51,168 bases of DNA from positions 60,907 to 112,074 of the forward strand of contig JBFWRP010000014.1 of assembly GCA_050248855.1 (NCBI GenBank), given 5' to 3'. The stretch is from Planctomycetota bacterium. Lineage in GTDB: Bacteria; Planctomycetota; PLA2; JAEUHO01. Below are positions 9,149 through 18,799 of this stretch, piece by piece. How positions within the stretch are numbered: the stretch's first letter is position 1; each line of letters opens with the position of its first letter. Under the pieces are notes generated by a model. The model searched no databases, was not told the origin of the DNA, and worked only from the letters and a program-made list of their open reading frames with translations. Position numbers and translations under genes: made by a program.

Positions 9149-10468
9149 CTAGCTCGCGGCGCGGGCCCCGACTTCGCCGGACTCCCAGACGGAGACGCAG
9201 TTCCCGCCGCGGCGCTTGCTGGCGAAGAGAGCGTCGTCGGCGAGCCGCAGGAGGGCGTCGGTGGGCTTGCCGGGCTGCCCGACCAGGTCTTCGCCCGTGG
9301 CCAGCCCCAAGCTGATGCCCAGCGTGACCTCGGGCACGCCGTCCAGGACGATGCCCTGCACGGCTGCACGCAGGCGCTCGGCAACGACCAGGGCCTGGGC
9401 CCGGTCCGTGTTGGGCAACAGCACGCAGAACTCGTCGCCGGCGTAGCGCGCCAAGACGTCGCCGTCCCGCAAGGAGCCCGCCAGCGTCGCGGCGACGCGG
9501 CAGATCGCCATGTCACCCACGGCGTGGCCGTGCTCGTCGTTGATGCGCTTGAAGCGGTCCTGGTCGATCATCAGCACGGCCAGCGCATCGCCGTAGCGCA
9601 TGGCGCGGGCCAGCTCACGCGACAGGACGTCGCGGAAGTACGTACGGTTGTAGATGCCCGTGAGCGGGTCGCGCGAGGCCTGCTCGGCCAAGCGGCGGTT
9701 CGCCGCCCGCAGCGCGTCTTCCATCGCGACGCGGTCGGAGACGTCACGCAGGGTGATGACGGTGCCGTCGATGCGACCGCCGCTGCGGCGGATGGGGCTC
9801 GACGTCACGATGCAGGGCACGCGCTCGCTCCGCCCGCTGCGCACGTCGAGCTCGCCCGCCCATTCCGCACCCACCTCGACGGCCTCGAGGAGGTCCGCCT
9901 TGAGGCGCGGGTCATGGTCGAGCGGGAACAGGTCCGCAATGCGCCGCGTGCCGTCGAGCGGGCCGAGCAGGCGCTGGCAGGCGGCGTTCATCGTCTCGAC
10001 GCTTCCGCTGCGCTCGACGATGAGCACGGCCGCAGCCGTCGACTGCAGCGCGTCCGCGAGGCGCCCGGCGGCATCCTCTTCGGCGCGACGGGCTTGGGAC
10101 GAAGCCAAGCGTGCCGCCAAGGTCTGCAGGAAGTACCCGTCACGGTCGGCCAGGACGAAGTCGGCCGCCCCGAGGCGTGCCGCCTCCATCCACTGGGCGG
10201 CGCCCTCGTCGCGCCCCAGCACGACGACGGGCGTGCTGCGTGCCATGCGCAGCGCGCTCTGGAGGAAATCGAGCAGCAGCATGTCGCGCATGGACTCGTC
10301 GACGAGGACGAGATCCGGCGGACTGGGCCGCGCCAAGGCCGCAAGCGCCGCGGCGGCTCCGGCCGCAGACTCGGCGCGGTGCCCCGCAGCGCGGAGAGCG
10401 TCCGCGACCGCGTCGCGGCGGCCCGGGTCGTGCTGGACGAGCAGAACGTGCACCCCGAGCGACTCCAC
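9149..10468 (-). CDS. REC-PAS-GGDEF diguanylate cyclase (AGDEF variant)
   Basis: Receiver domain, PAS/PAC, DPLTGIYNR, DQDRFKRINDEHGHAVGD, RDGD I-site and RYAGDEF. Confidence 0.92.
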   Translation of the reverse strand: MESLGVHVLLVQHDPGRRDAVADALRAAGHRAESAAGAAAALAALARPSPPDLVLVDESMRDMLLLDFLQSALRMARSTPVVVLGRDEGAAQWMEAARLGAADFVLADRDGYFLQTLAARLASSQARRAEEDAAGRLADALQSTAAAVLIVERSGSVETMNAACQRLLGPLDGTRRIADLFPLDHDPRLKADLLEAVEVGAEWAGELDVRSGRSERVPCIVTSSPIRRSGGRIDGTVITLRDVSDRVAMEDALRAANRRLAEQASRDPLTGIYNRTYFRDVLSRELARAMRYGDALAVLMIDQDRFKRINDEHGHAVGDMAICRVAATLAGSLRDGDVLARYAGDEFCVLLPNTDRAQALVVAERLRAAVQGIVLDGVPEVTLGISLGLATGEDLVGQPGKPTDALLRLADDALFASKRRGGNCVSVWESGEVGARAAS

Positions 10469-10610
10469 CGGACGTTCCCGGGCCCCCCCGGGTGCCGACC
10501 GCCCCTCCTATCGGCCACGCACGCCCGGATCCCGGAGTCCCGGCCTCTTTGCGCCGTCCGCCCTGGCAGGATGTGACTCCCGCACCCGAGGTCCCCGACG
10601 GGAGAAGGCC

Positions 10611-12788
10611 ATGCCCCGGCCCCAGCACCCGCGTTCGTCGTCCGTTCGTACCCGCGGCCTGCTGCTGACGTTCCTGGCCTGCGCGGCGACGTCGCTCCTC
10701 CTGGCTGGCCCGCCGGCGCCGCTGGGGGCCGAGGAAGGCGAGATCACGTCGCTGTACGTGCGCAACGCCAGGGACCTGCGCGCGACGATGCGGGTCCTCG
10801 AGACCGAGGCCCGGCTCCGCGACGCCACGCAGGTGATCGTCGCGCTCGATGCGGCCACGTTCGACCCACCGCCGGGGCTGACCGAGTTCACGCTGGCCTA
10901 CCCCTACTTCGACGACCTCGACCCCTGGTGCGAGGCGATCGCCGAATGGGCCCGCCGCGCTTCCTACCCCGTGCGGGGGACGAGCTCGCTGGCGCCGCGC
11001 AGCATCGACATGACCGAGCGCGACGCCGCTGTCGCGCTGGCCGACTTGGTGCGCAGCCGCTGGTGGCAGGGCGAACGACCCGCCGTCCTGCCCACGGCCG
11101 CCCAGTGGATGCCCGACATCCTGGCCCGCACGGAGGACACGGTGCGGGCCCGTGATGCCTCGCCGCGACGGCTGCTCGTCCTCGTGGCAGGCGACGCGAT
11201 GCCCGAACGGACCGCGCGCGCCGGGTCGGCCCAGGGTTACGAGTCCGAGTGGCGCACCAAGCTGCTCGAGCCCGGCACGTACTTCGACCCCGTGGCCGTG
11301 GACGCCGTGCTCACGCGCTTCCGCTGCTCGCTGCTCGTCGTGGCCCCCGAGGCGCGCTTTGGCGACTTCACGCCCATCGTCGAGATGCCGGAGCTGCCCT
11401 GGGTCGCGCGTCCCCACCTGCCGCCGGACGACTTCCGCATCTCCGTCGAGATGCGGGAGGGGCGTCGTCGCGGTCCGTCCATGCGCGACCAGCTGGACGA
11501 CGCGCTACGCGACTCGATCCCCGATCCCGCCGCGCGCCGTCGCCGCGTCGAGGAGCTGCTCGGGCGCGCGCCCCGCACGGGCACGCCCGGCCCCGGGTTG
11601 GCCCACGAGCGCTCGGGCGGCTCGCGCTACCTGCCGACGACACCTGTGTGGTTCGCCCGCATCGGCGACGCCGTGCCCTTCAACAACCACGCACCTTCGG
11701 GCTACGGCCAATGGGCGTACGCCACGGCAGCCGCGCAGACAGGCGGCCGGTACGTGTTCTATCCCTTCCCGCCCTCGACCTGGCTCGACCGCTGTCCGGC
11801 CAGCTATGCGCTGCTCGATGCGCTTGCGCCCGAGGCCGTGGGCATGACGCGCTACCTCGCGGCGCGCCGCGGCGATCCGGCGTTGGGCGTCCTGGCGCGG
11901 GTCAGCGCCAAGCTGTTCGAGGACACGCCCTGGTCGGACGACGGCGTCGGACATCGCCAGTCGCATGCATGGACGACGCTGACACGCACGGCCCCGCTGC
12001 GTGTGGAGGAGCGCGCCTGGGTCCGGCGCAAGCCGTTCGACGACATCCTGCACGGATCCGAGCTCGAGATCCGCGACCTGGGGCGTCGCCTGCTCGAAGA
12101 CGTGCTGCCGCTCTACGACGACGCCGCGGAGATGCTCGACGAAGCAGCCGCGCGCATGGCCCCCGACCGTGGAGGCGTGCACCCCCGCTCGCACGCGCAC
12201 CTCTTGCTCACGCGTTTCCACGTCCGGATGAGCGCGTTCCACCTGCAGGCGCTCGGTCTGTACGCCACCGAGCTCGACCGCTTCATCCCCGAGGAGATGA
12301 AGGACGATGTCGACCGCGTGTTCGTGACCTACGTGCCGACGATCCGCCTGAGCGACTGCCTGGAGGCCTACGACGGCCGCGAGCTGTCGCCCGCCGACGA
12401 GGCCGCGTACCCACGCCAGGACCTCGGTGGCGTGCCCCACCATCAGGGCAACCTGCTGCAGATCCCCGAAGCCGATGCGAGCTACAGGGCCCGGCGGCAG
12501 CTGACGCACGTGCTGCGCTACCTCGACCCGCGGCTGCGTGCACGCGCCTTGCAGATGATCGGGGCTGCGCGCGACGTGATGGAGAGCTACGGGCAGACGG
12601 GCTGGGGCTGGACGACGTACTACACGGACGCGTTCACGTTCCTCTTCCACCCGGTGCCCGTGCAGCGCGGCCACCAGCCCTCCCGGGGCGGCGGCAAGGC
12701 TCCACCGCCCCCCACAACGCCGCGCGGTGGCGGCGACGGAAGCGGCGGGTCGACACCCGGAGGTCCGGGAACGGGCGGAGGCGGATGA
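10611..12788 (+). CDS. Large secreted hypothetical protein, probable degenerate vWA-like domain
   Basis: GGAGAAGG RBS, signal peptide, strong GC3 bias. VIVALD, LLVLVAGD and AQTGGRY resemble vWA strands. Gly/Pro-rich tail. Confidence 0.75.
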   Translation: MPRPQHPRSSSVRTRGLLLTFLACAATSLLLAGPPAPLGAEEGEITSLYVRNARDLRATMRVLETEARLRDATQVIVALDAATFDPPPGLTEFTLAYPYFDDLDPWCEAIAEWARRASYPVRGTSSLAPRSIDMTERDAAVALADLVRSRWWQGERPAVLPTAAQWMPDILARTEDTVRARDASPRRLLVLVAGDAMPERTARAGSAQGYESEWRTKLLEPGTYFDPVAVDAVLTRFRCSLLVVAPEARFGDFTPIVEMPELPWVARPHLPPDDFRISVEMREGRRRGPSMRDQLDDALRDSIPDPAARRRRVEELLGRAPRTGTPGPGLAHERSGGSRYLPTTPVWFARIGDAVPFNNHAPSGYGQWAYATAAAQTGGRYVFYPFPPSTWLDRCPASYALLDALAPEAVGMTRYLAARRGDPALGVLARVSAKLFEDTPWSDDGVGHRQSHAWTTLTRTAPLRVEERAWVRRKPFDDILHGSELEIRDLGRRLLEDVLPLYDDAAEMLDEAAARMAPDRGGVHPRSHAHLLLTRFHVRMSAFHLQALGLYATELDRFIPEEMKDDVDRVFVTYVPTIRLSDCLEAYDGRELSPADEAAYPRQDLGGVPHHQGNLLQIPEADASYRARRQLTHVLRYLDPRLRARALQMIGAARDVMESYGQTGWGWTTYYTDAFTFLFHPVPVQRGHQPSRGGGKAPPPPTTPRGGGDGSGGSTPGGPGTGGGG

Positions 12789-12811
12789 CCACTCGCCCGT
12801 AGCGTGGGGCC

Positions 12812-13390
12812 GTGGCACGTCCATCGCCGCGCGACGAGTACATCAGGGGTCTGGTGCTCGCCTACTCGGGCGAGCTCGGCGCGGCGTGGGCCTACATCGG
12901 CCACCGACGCAGCCTGCCGCCGGGGCCGGAGCGCCAAGCCATCTGGCAGATCCTCAAGGACGAGGTGCGCCACAGGAAGGTGCTGCTGGCCCTGATGCAC
13001 CGCTACGGCGCAAGGCCCGATGCCAAGGCGGAGGCCAAGCTCCGCGTGGTGGGGAAGACCATCGCGTTCATCTGCCGTGTCGGCGGCTGGTTCGTGCCGA
13101 TGCTGGGCGCCGCGCGCCTGGAGGCGTCCAACATCGGCGAGTACGAGCTGCTGGCGCGACTGGCGTGGTGGGCGGGCGAGCCCGACGACGTGCCCACGCA
13201 CATGCACTTGGGCGAGGTGGAGTGGGACCACGAGTCCGTGCTCCGCGGCTTCGCCTCACGGCATCCGCTTTGGTCCCTCGTACCCGGGTGGCCCGACGTG
13301 GGCTCCCGCGCGGGCCTGCGCGACCGCTACGCGCGGTTCGTGGGAAGCCCCGAGCGCCCGCGCCCGCGCAAGAGCCTGCTGCTGCGGTGA
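12812..13390 (+). CDS. Ferritin-like di-iron protein (Coq7/demethoxyubiquinone hydroxylase-like fold)
   Basis: Carboxylate pattern SGE...DEVRH...LE...EWDHE. TAGCGT lies 6 nt before the GTG. Confidence 0.8.
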   Translation: MARPSPRDEYIRGLVLAYSGELGAAWAYIGHRRSLPPGPERQAIWQILKDEVRHRKVLLALMHRYGARPDAKAEAKLRVVGKTIAFICRVGGWFVPMLGAARLEASNIGEYELLARLAWWAGEPDDVPTHMHLGEVEWDHESVLRGFASRHPLWSLVPGWPDVGSRAGLRDRYARFVGSPERPRPRKSLLLR

Positions 13391-13402
13391 GGTGGTGAGC
13401 GT

Positions 13403-13668
13403 GTACCGAGCCAGGTGAGATTCCGACCTAAAAGGCGCCGGCATCGGAGAGCTTCCGTTGCTTGGAGGGGACCGTACCGAGCCAGGTGAGATTCCCACTT
13501 CACGCTGGGCAGCGGACATCCCTCGCGGCTTGAAGGCGCCGGCCTCGGAGAGCTTCCGTTGCTTGGACGGGACCGTACCGAGCCAGGTGAGATTCCCACT
13601 TCACGCTGCCGTGTCACCCCCGATCAGAAGGTGTGCCGGGGCGTGAAGTGGGAATCTCACCCGGCTCG
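13403..13668. repeat. Repeat cluster A: three direct copies and one inverted copy of GTACCGAGCCAGGTGAGATTCC(CACTTCACGC)
   Basis: Copies start at 13403, 13474 and 13575; inverted copy at 13641-13668. A 76-bp duplication (13432-13507 / 13533-13608) has 2 mismatches. Confidence 0.95.
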
Positions 13669-13745
13669 TGTCGCGGTGCGGTGGGCGATGGTGCGGGACC
13701 GAGCATCTGGCGAGCCGCCCCCAAGCACCGCGCCGCGTCAATCGA

Positions 13746-14510
13746 CTACCCCATGATGCTGTAGCCGCCGTCGACGATGATGGTCTGGCCGACCATCATG
13801 CTGGCGAGCGGGCTCACGAGGAAGAGCACGGCGTCGGCCACGTCGGCGGGCTCGGTGAGGCGGCCGCGCGGCGTCCGGCGGGCGCTCTCGCCGAGGAGCT
13901 GGTCGCGGTTGGGGAAGTGCTTGAGGGCGTCCGTGTCGACGACGCCGGCGCTGACGGCGTTCACGAGGACGCCCTGCGGCGCCAGCTCGATGGCCAAGTG
14001 GCGTACCAAGCTCTCGAGGGCCGCCTTGCTCGCGCCGACCGCGGCGTAGTTCGGAATGGCACGGCGGGCGCCCAGGCTGCTGACCGCGATGATGTGGCCG
14101 CCGTTGGGCATCAGCGGCACGCCGCGCTGCGCCAGGGGGAGCAGGGCCGCCGCGTTGATGTCCATCGTCCACTGCCAGTGGCGCGGGGTGAGCTCCATCG
14201 CGGGCTTGATCACGCCGCTCGCGGCGTTGCTGACGAGGATGTCGAGACCGCCGAAGGACTGGCTGATGGCCTCGAACATCGCACCGAGGTCGTCGCCGCT
14301 GGCGACGTTGCACTTGTGGAGCAGGGCCCGGGTGCCGGCTTGCTCGACGGCGGCGGCCGTCTCCTCGGCTTGGCCGCGGTTGCGCAGGTAGTTGATTGCC
14401 ACGTCGCAGCCGGCTTCGGCCAGCCGGACGGCGATGGCCCGCCCGATGCCGCGGCTGCCCCCCGTGACCAGCGCGCGCTTGCCTTTCAGGTCGATGTCGA
14501 TGCCGGCCAT
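13746..14510 (-). CDS. fabL: SDR enoyl-ACP reductase, FabL-like
   Basis: TGGSRGIG, VSNAASG, SSLG and NYAAVGASKAALE (Yx6K), VVDTDALKHFP, as in FabL. Confidence 0.75.
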   Translation of the reverse strand: MAGIDIDLKGKRALVTGGSRGIGRAIAVRLAEAGCDVAINYLRNRGQAEETAAAVEQAGTRALLHKCNVASGDDLGAMFEAISQSFGGLDILVSNAASGVIKPAMELTPRHWQWTMDINAAALLPLAQRGVPLMPNGGHIIAVSSLGARRAIPNYAAVGASKAALESLVRHLAIELAPQGVLVNAVSAGVVDTDALKHFPNRDQLLGESARRTPRGRLTEPADVADAVLFLVSPLASMMVGQTIIVDGGYSIMG

Positions 14511-14589
14511 GACGCCCTCCCGCCGAGGGCCGCACGGTACCCGGCACGGGGCAGACGGCACCCTTGGCAATCAGAAGTAGGCTCTAGGC

Positions 14590-15021
14590 ATGGACTCCCC
14601 CCTCCCCCCCACGACGACCCCCCTGCTGACGGGGGCCCTGCTGCTGCTGGCCCTCGGTGGCTGCGCGAGCTCGCAGGGTGGAACCTCCCGTGCGGGTTCC
14701 GCCCCGGAGTACGTCCCCATCGAGATGCCGCTGGCCGACGCCTACGCGCCGCCCCCCGCGGACCCGGCTCCGGCCCTGGTTCGGCCGTTGCCCGAGCCGA
14801 GCTACCCCATCGCCCCGACCGGCCCCCTGGCCACGCGGGCGCCGAGCGCGGCAGCCACGACGCGCGGACCGGCGACGATGCCTGCGCCGACCGTCGACAC
14901 GAGCCCCGTGTTCGGCCCACGCCGCCAAGGCGGGACGTTGGATCCCGGAAGTCGTTACCTTCCCCATGTGGACCCCGTGGGTAGCGAGCCCGCCGAGACG
15001 CCACCGATGGACGTACGCTAG
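14590..15021 (+). CDS. Pro-rich hypothetical lipoprotein
   Basis: Lipobox LGGC. TAGGCT lies 6 nt before the ATG. Confidence 0.6.
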   Translation: MDSPLPPTTTPLLTGALLLLALGGCASSQGGTSRAGSAPEYVPIEMPLADAYAPPPADPAPALVRPLPEPSYPIAPTGPLATRAPSAAATTRGPATMPAPTVDTSPVFGPRRQGGTLDPGSRYLPHVDPVGSEPAETPPMDVR

Positions 15022-15078
15022 GCGTTCGACGGCTCGGGCTTGCGGTCCGTCGGGGAACCACGGTCCGTAGGGAAGCCC

Positions 15079-15837
15079 ATGCGACTGTCGTCCGCCTTCG
15101 TGCTCCTGGGCCTTTGTTCGGCCGCTGCCGGGTTCCTCGCCCTGGGCGGCTGCGCCGGGGAGCCCGGGAAGCTCGTCATCGAGCCCACGTCGCTCGAGTT
15201 CGGAACCGTGCGCCACGGCGAGGTACGCCACGCCACGCTTAGGCTTCGCAACCCGGGCAACGACGACGTGTCGTTCCAAGCCCGCGCCACCTGCGGCTGC
15301 CTGGCGCTGGGCGCCGGCTACCGCACGCTCGTGGCCCCGGGGGAGTACATCGACCTGCAGGTCCGGTTCGACTCGGCCCACATCGTCCCCGGCAAGCAAG
15401 ACGGGTCCAAGGGCATCGAGATCAAGACGAACGAGGCGGGGAGCACCGCGGTCCTGGTGCCCCTGATCGCCGACATCGTGCGCATCGTGGACGTCGTAGG
15501 GACGCGCGTGCGGCTCGAGGAGATTGCTCCCGGCCACGGTCGCGAGACACCGCGGTTCGCCGAGTTCCGGCCGTCGCAGGGCTACACGCTCCGTGTCGAA
15601 CGCATCCAGCCGCTCGGTGCGGACGCCGCGTTCCTCGACTTCACGCCGGAGGCTCCCGCGCCCGACGGCGCGATCCGGGTCGAGGTCACGGTGAAGCCCG
15701 ACGCGACGCGGGCCACCGGATCGTTCGAAGCCGGCGCCGAGGTGCACTTCGTGCTCACGGCTCCCGACGGCGCGACCAGCAAGCTGGTCGAGCGCATCGT
15801 CGTCGTGGGGACCTGGACCCACACCGCGCCCCGGTAG
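15079..15837 (+). CDS. DUF1573-domain (Ig-like) lipoprotein
   Basis: Lipobox LGGC, then LEFGTV...LRNPG...ATCGC...VAPGE...V.FDS...IKTN. Confidence 0.8.
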   Translation: MRLSSAFVLLGLCSAAAGFLALGGCAGEPGKLVIEPTSLEFGTVRHGEVRHATLRLRNPGNDDVSFQARATCGCLALGAGYRTLVAPGEYIDLQVRFDSAHIVPGKQDGSKGIEIKTNEAGSTAVLVPLIADIVRIVDVVGTRVRLEEIAPGHGRETPRFAEFRPSQGYTLRVERIQPLGADAAFLDFTPEAPAPDGAIRVEVTVKPDATRATGSFEAGAEVHFVLTAPDGATSKLVERIVVVGTWTHTAPR

Positions 15838-15843
15838 CCCCCC

Positions 15844-18693
15844 GTGTCACGACGCACCCCGCCTTGGATGCTGCCCCTGCTCGCCCTCGCGGTGGGGGGA
15901 GCCTTGTGGCTCCTGGTGGCCGGAGGTGACGGGCCGGGCGGCGGGCCGAGCACGGGCTCCGTGGACCCGCTCGGGAGCGCCCCGCCCGATCCCGGGTCGC
16001 CGCTCGAGGGATCCGCGACGGTCACCGCGACGCCGACTGCCGATCGCCGGGCGTTGGACGAGGCTCGTCGCCGGCACGCCGAACGCGCCACCCGCGCGGA
16101 CCTGGTCGAAGGCGTCGTGATCGACGCCACGGGCCAGCGCGTGGTGGGCGCCCTCGTCACGCTCCACGAGCGCCCGCGTGCAACGGCCTGGCGGCGACGC
16201 GGCCACCCGCTTGGACGGTCGGTGCTCGAGACGAGAAGCGGCGAGGATGGACGCTTCACGTTGCGCCCGTTGCCCAAGGGCGATGCCTTCACGGTCCGCG
16301 CCGAGGCCGCGGGGCATGCAACGAGCCACGTCGACGTGCCCGCGCCCGGCGCCTGGCTCGAGATCCAGATGGCGCCGGCGGGGACGCTTCGCCTGCGCGT
16401 CGTGTCGGGCGCCAACGAGCCCGTGGCCGAGGCCCGCGCGGTCTACACGACGCCCGAGGGCAGCTTCGACGCGACCAGCGACGCCAGCGGAATCGCCGTG
16501 CTGGCGGGCCTGCCGTCGGGGGTCGGCCAGCTGCGCGTCACCCATGCCGTCCATCGCGTGCATGCCGACCCCCTGGTCGGGGTCGTGGCCGGCGAAGAGC
16601 GCGAGCAGCTCGTGGTGCTGGACGCCGCCGGCGTCCTCGTGGGTCGTGTCGTCGACGCGAGCGACGAACGTCCTCTCGGCGACGCCATGGTCGAGGTCAG
16701 CGTGCCCACGGCGCCGACCCTGCCCGCCGCGGACCCCGTGGCCACGGATGCCGAAGGACGCTTCGAGGCACCCGACCTCGCCGGGGTGCGCGACCGCCTG
16801 CAGCTGCATGTCCGCCGCGCCGGCTACCAGGACGCGATCCTCACGCGCTCGGCCACGGACGAGAGCGAGCTCGTCGTCCAGCTGCGTCGGGGTCCGCCGC
16901 TGGAGGTTCGCGGCGGCGTCTACGACGCCGACGGCCGAGGCGTGGCCGGAGCCCTGCTCGAGCTGGGACCGGCGTCGGGGGCCCTCGACGTCGACCCGGT
17001 GCGCGGCAGCTCCGACGAGCGCGGCAGCTTCGTCCTGGAGCTGCCGGGTGCCGCGGGCCCGGGCAGCTTCTGGCAGGTCCGTGCCACCGCCGGCTCCGGG
17101 GACGCCGGCGTCGCGGCGTTCGTCGTTCCGCGCGACGAGCTGGCCCCCACGCCGTACGTCGAGATCAAGCTCACCGCGACGGGCGCCCTGGTGGGCACGG
17201 TCGTGGACGAAGACGGGCAGCCCGCCGTCGGCGCGGAGATCCGCGTCGAACCCGACGGCTCGGGCTCGGCGCCCTCGGCCCGGCTCCTGGCCCGCGCGCT
17301 CTCGCGCGACGGTTCCTCGCTCGTCACCACCAGCGGCGAAGGGGGCGCGTTCGAGCTGTTCGGCCTGCCGGCGACGGCGTGGCGCGTCGAAGCGCGCCGC
17401 GGCTCCGTGGTCGCGCCGCCTGGCGACGCGATCGAGGTTCCCCCGCACGGCGTCGCGACGGTCCAGATCCGCCTCGTGGATGGTGCACGCATCCAGGGTC
17501 GCGTCGAGGACGCGGCCGGCGCGCCCGTGCCGGGCGTGCACGTACGGGCCGTGCCCGAACGACGCGTCGTCCCCGGCCTGGACGAGGGCGCCGCAGCCCG
17601 CACCGACGGGGACGGCGCGTTCGAGATCTCCGGCTTGGCCGAGGGGGGCTGGCGGCTCGCCGCCACGCGCATGGGCTGGCGCCAAGTCGGCGGCGGCGCC
17701 CGCGTGGAGGCGGGCGACCGGGGTGTCGTGCTCGTCATGGAGCCGCGGGGCGTGCTGCTCCTGGACGTCCGCGAAGGCGGCGTGGCCTACGAGGGCGTCC
17801 TCACCGTCGAGCTGGCCTCGGAGGGTCGCGCTTCGGGCGAGAGCAGCGAGGGACCGGGCGGGATCGCCGCGGCGGGTCCGCGCACGCTGCGCACGACCGA
17901 GGGGCGGGTCGAGCTGCCCGACGTCGACCCGGGCCACTGGCGGGTGCGCGCCACGACGCGCGACGGACGTGTCGCCACGAGCGGCGGAGCGGTGGAGGTC
18001 GTCGGCGGCCGCACGACGGAGCCGGTCCAGCTGCTGCTCCGCGACGGCGCGGTGATCGAAGGCCGGGTGGTCGATCCGACGTCCCAGGCGCCCGACGCGG
18101 TCGCCGGGGCCTGGGTCCAGGCGTGGCCGTGGCAGGAGGCCGACGGCACCACGCGCGAGGAGCACGCCACGCGGGGCAGAGTCCGCACCGACGACCAAGG
18201 GCGCTTCCGACTCGAGGGCTTGGGGGCCGGCCGGTACCTGCTCGGTGTCTGGACGCGCACGGGCGCCCAGTGGTCCGAGGACGTGCGTGTTCGCGAGGGC
18301 CAGCGCCTCGACATCCAGCTGGTACGCAAGCCCACCGGGCGCGTCGAGGTGCGCGTCACCGACCCGCGCGGGCGCGCCGTGGACGGGGCGCGCGTGACGC
18401 TGCAGCGGGCCGGGGGCGGCACGTGGGTGCCCTCGTACCAGGCGATGGCCGCCGCAGGACTCGTCCAGCAGCCCGGGGACTGGGCGTCCCTCACGGCGAC
18501 GGATGCCTCCGGGTACGCCAACATCCCCCTCGTGCCCCCGGGCGACTGGACCGTGGTCCCGATGAAGCCCGGCTGGCGGCTCGTGGGCGCGGCGCCGGCC
18601 GTGGCGATCCCGCCCGGCGGCCATGCGAACGCCGAAGTCGTGCTCGAACCCGACCCCGACGCACGGGACCCCTCCTCGCCGCAGGAGCGGTAG
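15844..18693 (+). CDS. Membrane-anchored carboxypeptidase-regulatory-like (transthyretin-fold) repeat protein
   Basis: N-terminal TM helix and many GxVxD..G.PV.GA.V...TD..G.F...L..G.W repeats. Confidence 0.88.
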   Translation: MSRRTPPWMLPLLALAVGGALWLLVAGGDGPGGGPSTGSVDPLGSAPPDPGSPLEGSATVTATPTADRRALDEARRRHAERATRADLVEGVVIDATGQRVVGALVTLHERPRATAWRRRGHPLGRSVLETRSGEDGRFTLRPLPKGDAFTVRAEAAGHATSHVDVPAPGAWLEIQMAPAGTLRLRVVSGANEPVAEARAVYTTPEGSFDATSDASGIAVLAGLPSGVGQLRVTHAVHRVHADPLVGVVAGEEREQLVVLDAAGVLVGRVVDASDERPLGDAMVEVSVPTAPTLPAADPVATDAEGRFEAPDLAGVRDRLQLHVRRAGYQDAILTRSATDESELVVQLRRGPPLEVRGGVYDADGRGVAGALLELGPASGALDVDPVRGSSDERGSFVLELPGAAGPGSFWQVRATAGSGDAGVAAFVVPRDELAPTPYVEIKLTATGALVGTVVDEDGQPAVGAEIRVEPDGSGSAPSARLLARALSRDGSSLVTTSGEGGAFELFGLPATAWRVEARRGSVVAPPGDAIEVPPHGVATVQIRLVDGARIQGRVEDAAGAPVPGVHVRAVPERRVVPGLDEGAAARTDGDGAFEISGLAEGGWRLAATRMGWRQVGGGARVEAGDRGVVLVMEPRGVLLLDVREGGVAYEGVLTVELASEGRASGESSEGPGGIAAAGPRTLRTTEGRVELPDVDPGHWRVRATTRDGRVATSGGAVEVVGGRTTEPVQLLLRDGAVIEGRVVDPTSQAPDAVAGAWVQAWPWQEADGTTREEHATRGRVRTDDQGRFRLEGLGAGRYLLGVWTRTGAQWSEDVRVREGQRLDIQLVRKPTGRVEVRVTDPRGRAVDGARVTLQRAGGGTWVPSYQAMAAAGLVQQPGDWASLTATDASGYANIPLVPPGDWTVVPMKPGWRLVGAAPAVAIPPGGHANAEVVLEPDPDARDPSSPQER

Positions 18694-18799
18694 CCGGCGT
18701 TCCAGGCGTCCACCCCCTGGCATGCGTGGGTGCGGCTCGCCAGGGGCTCGATCCCGCGCACGCATCGGCTCCTCGTGCAGCCGACGAGGCCGGGCTTCG

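Noticed and set aside
13403..13668. CRISPR array interpretation of repeat cluster A
   Set aside because: Spacing is irregular (71 and 101 bp), the intervening sequences are duplicates of each other, one copy is inverted, and no cas genes are present.
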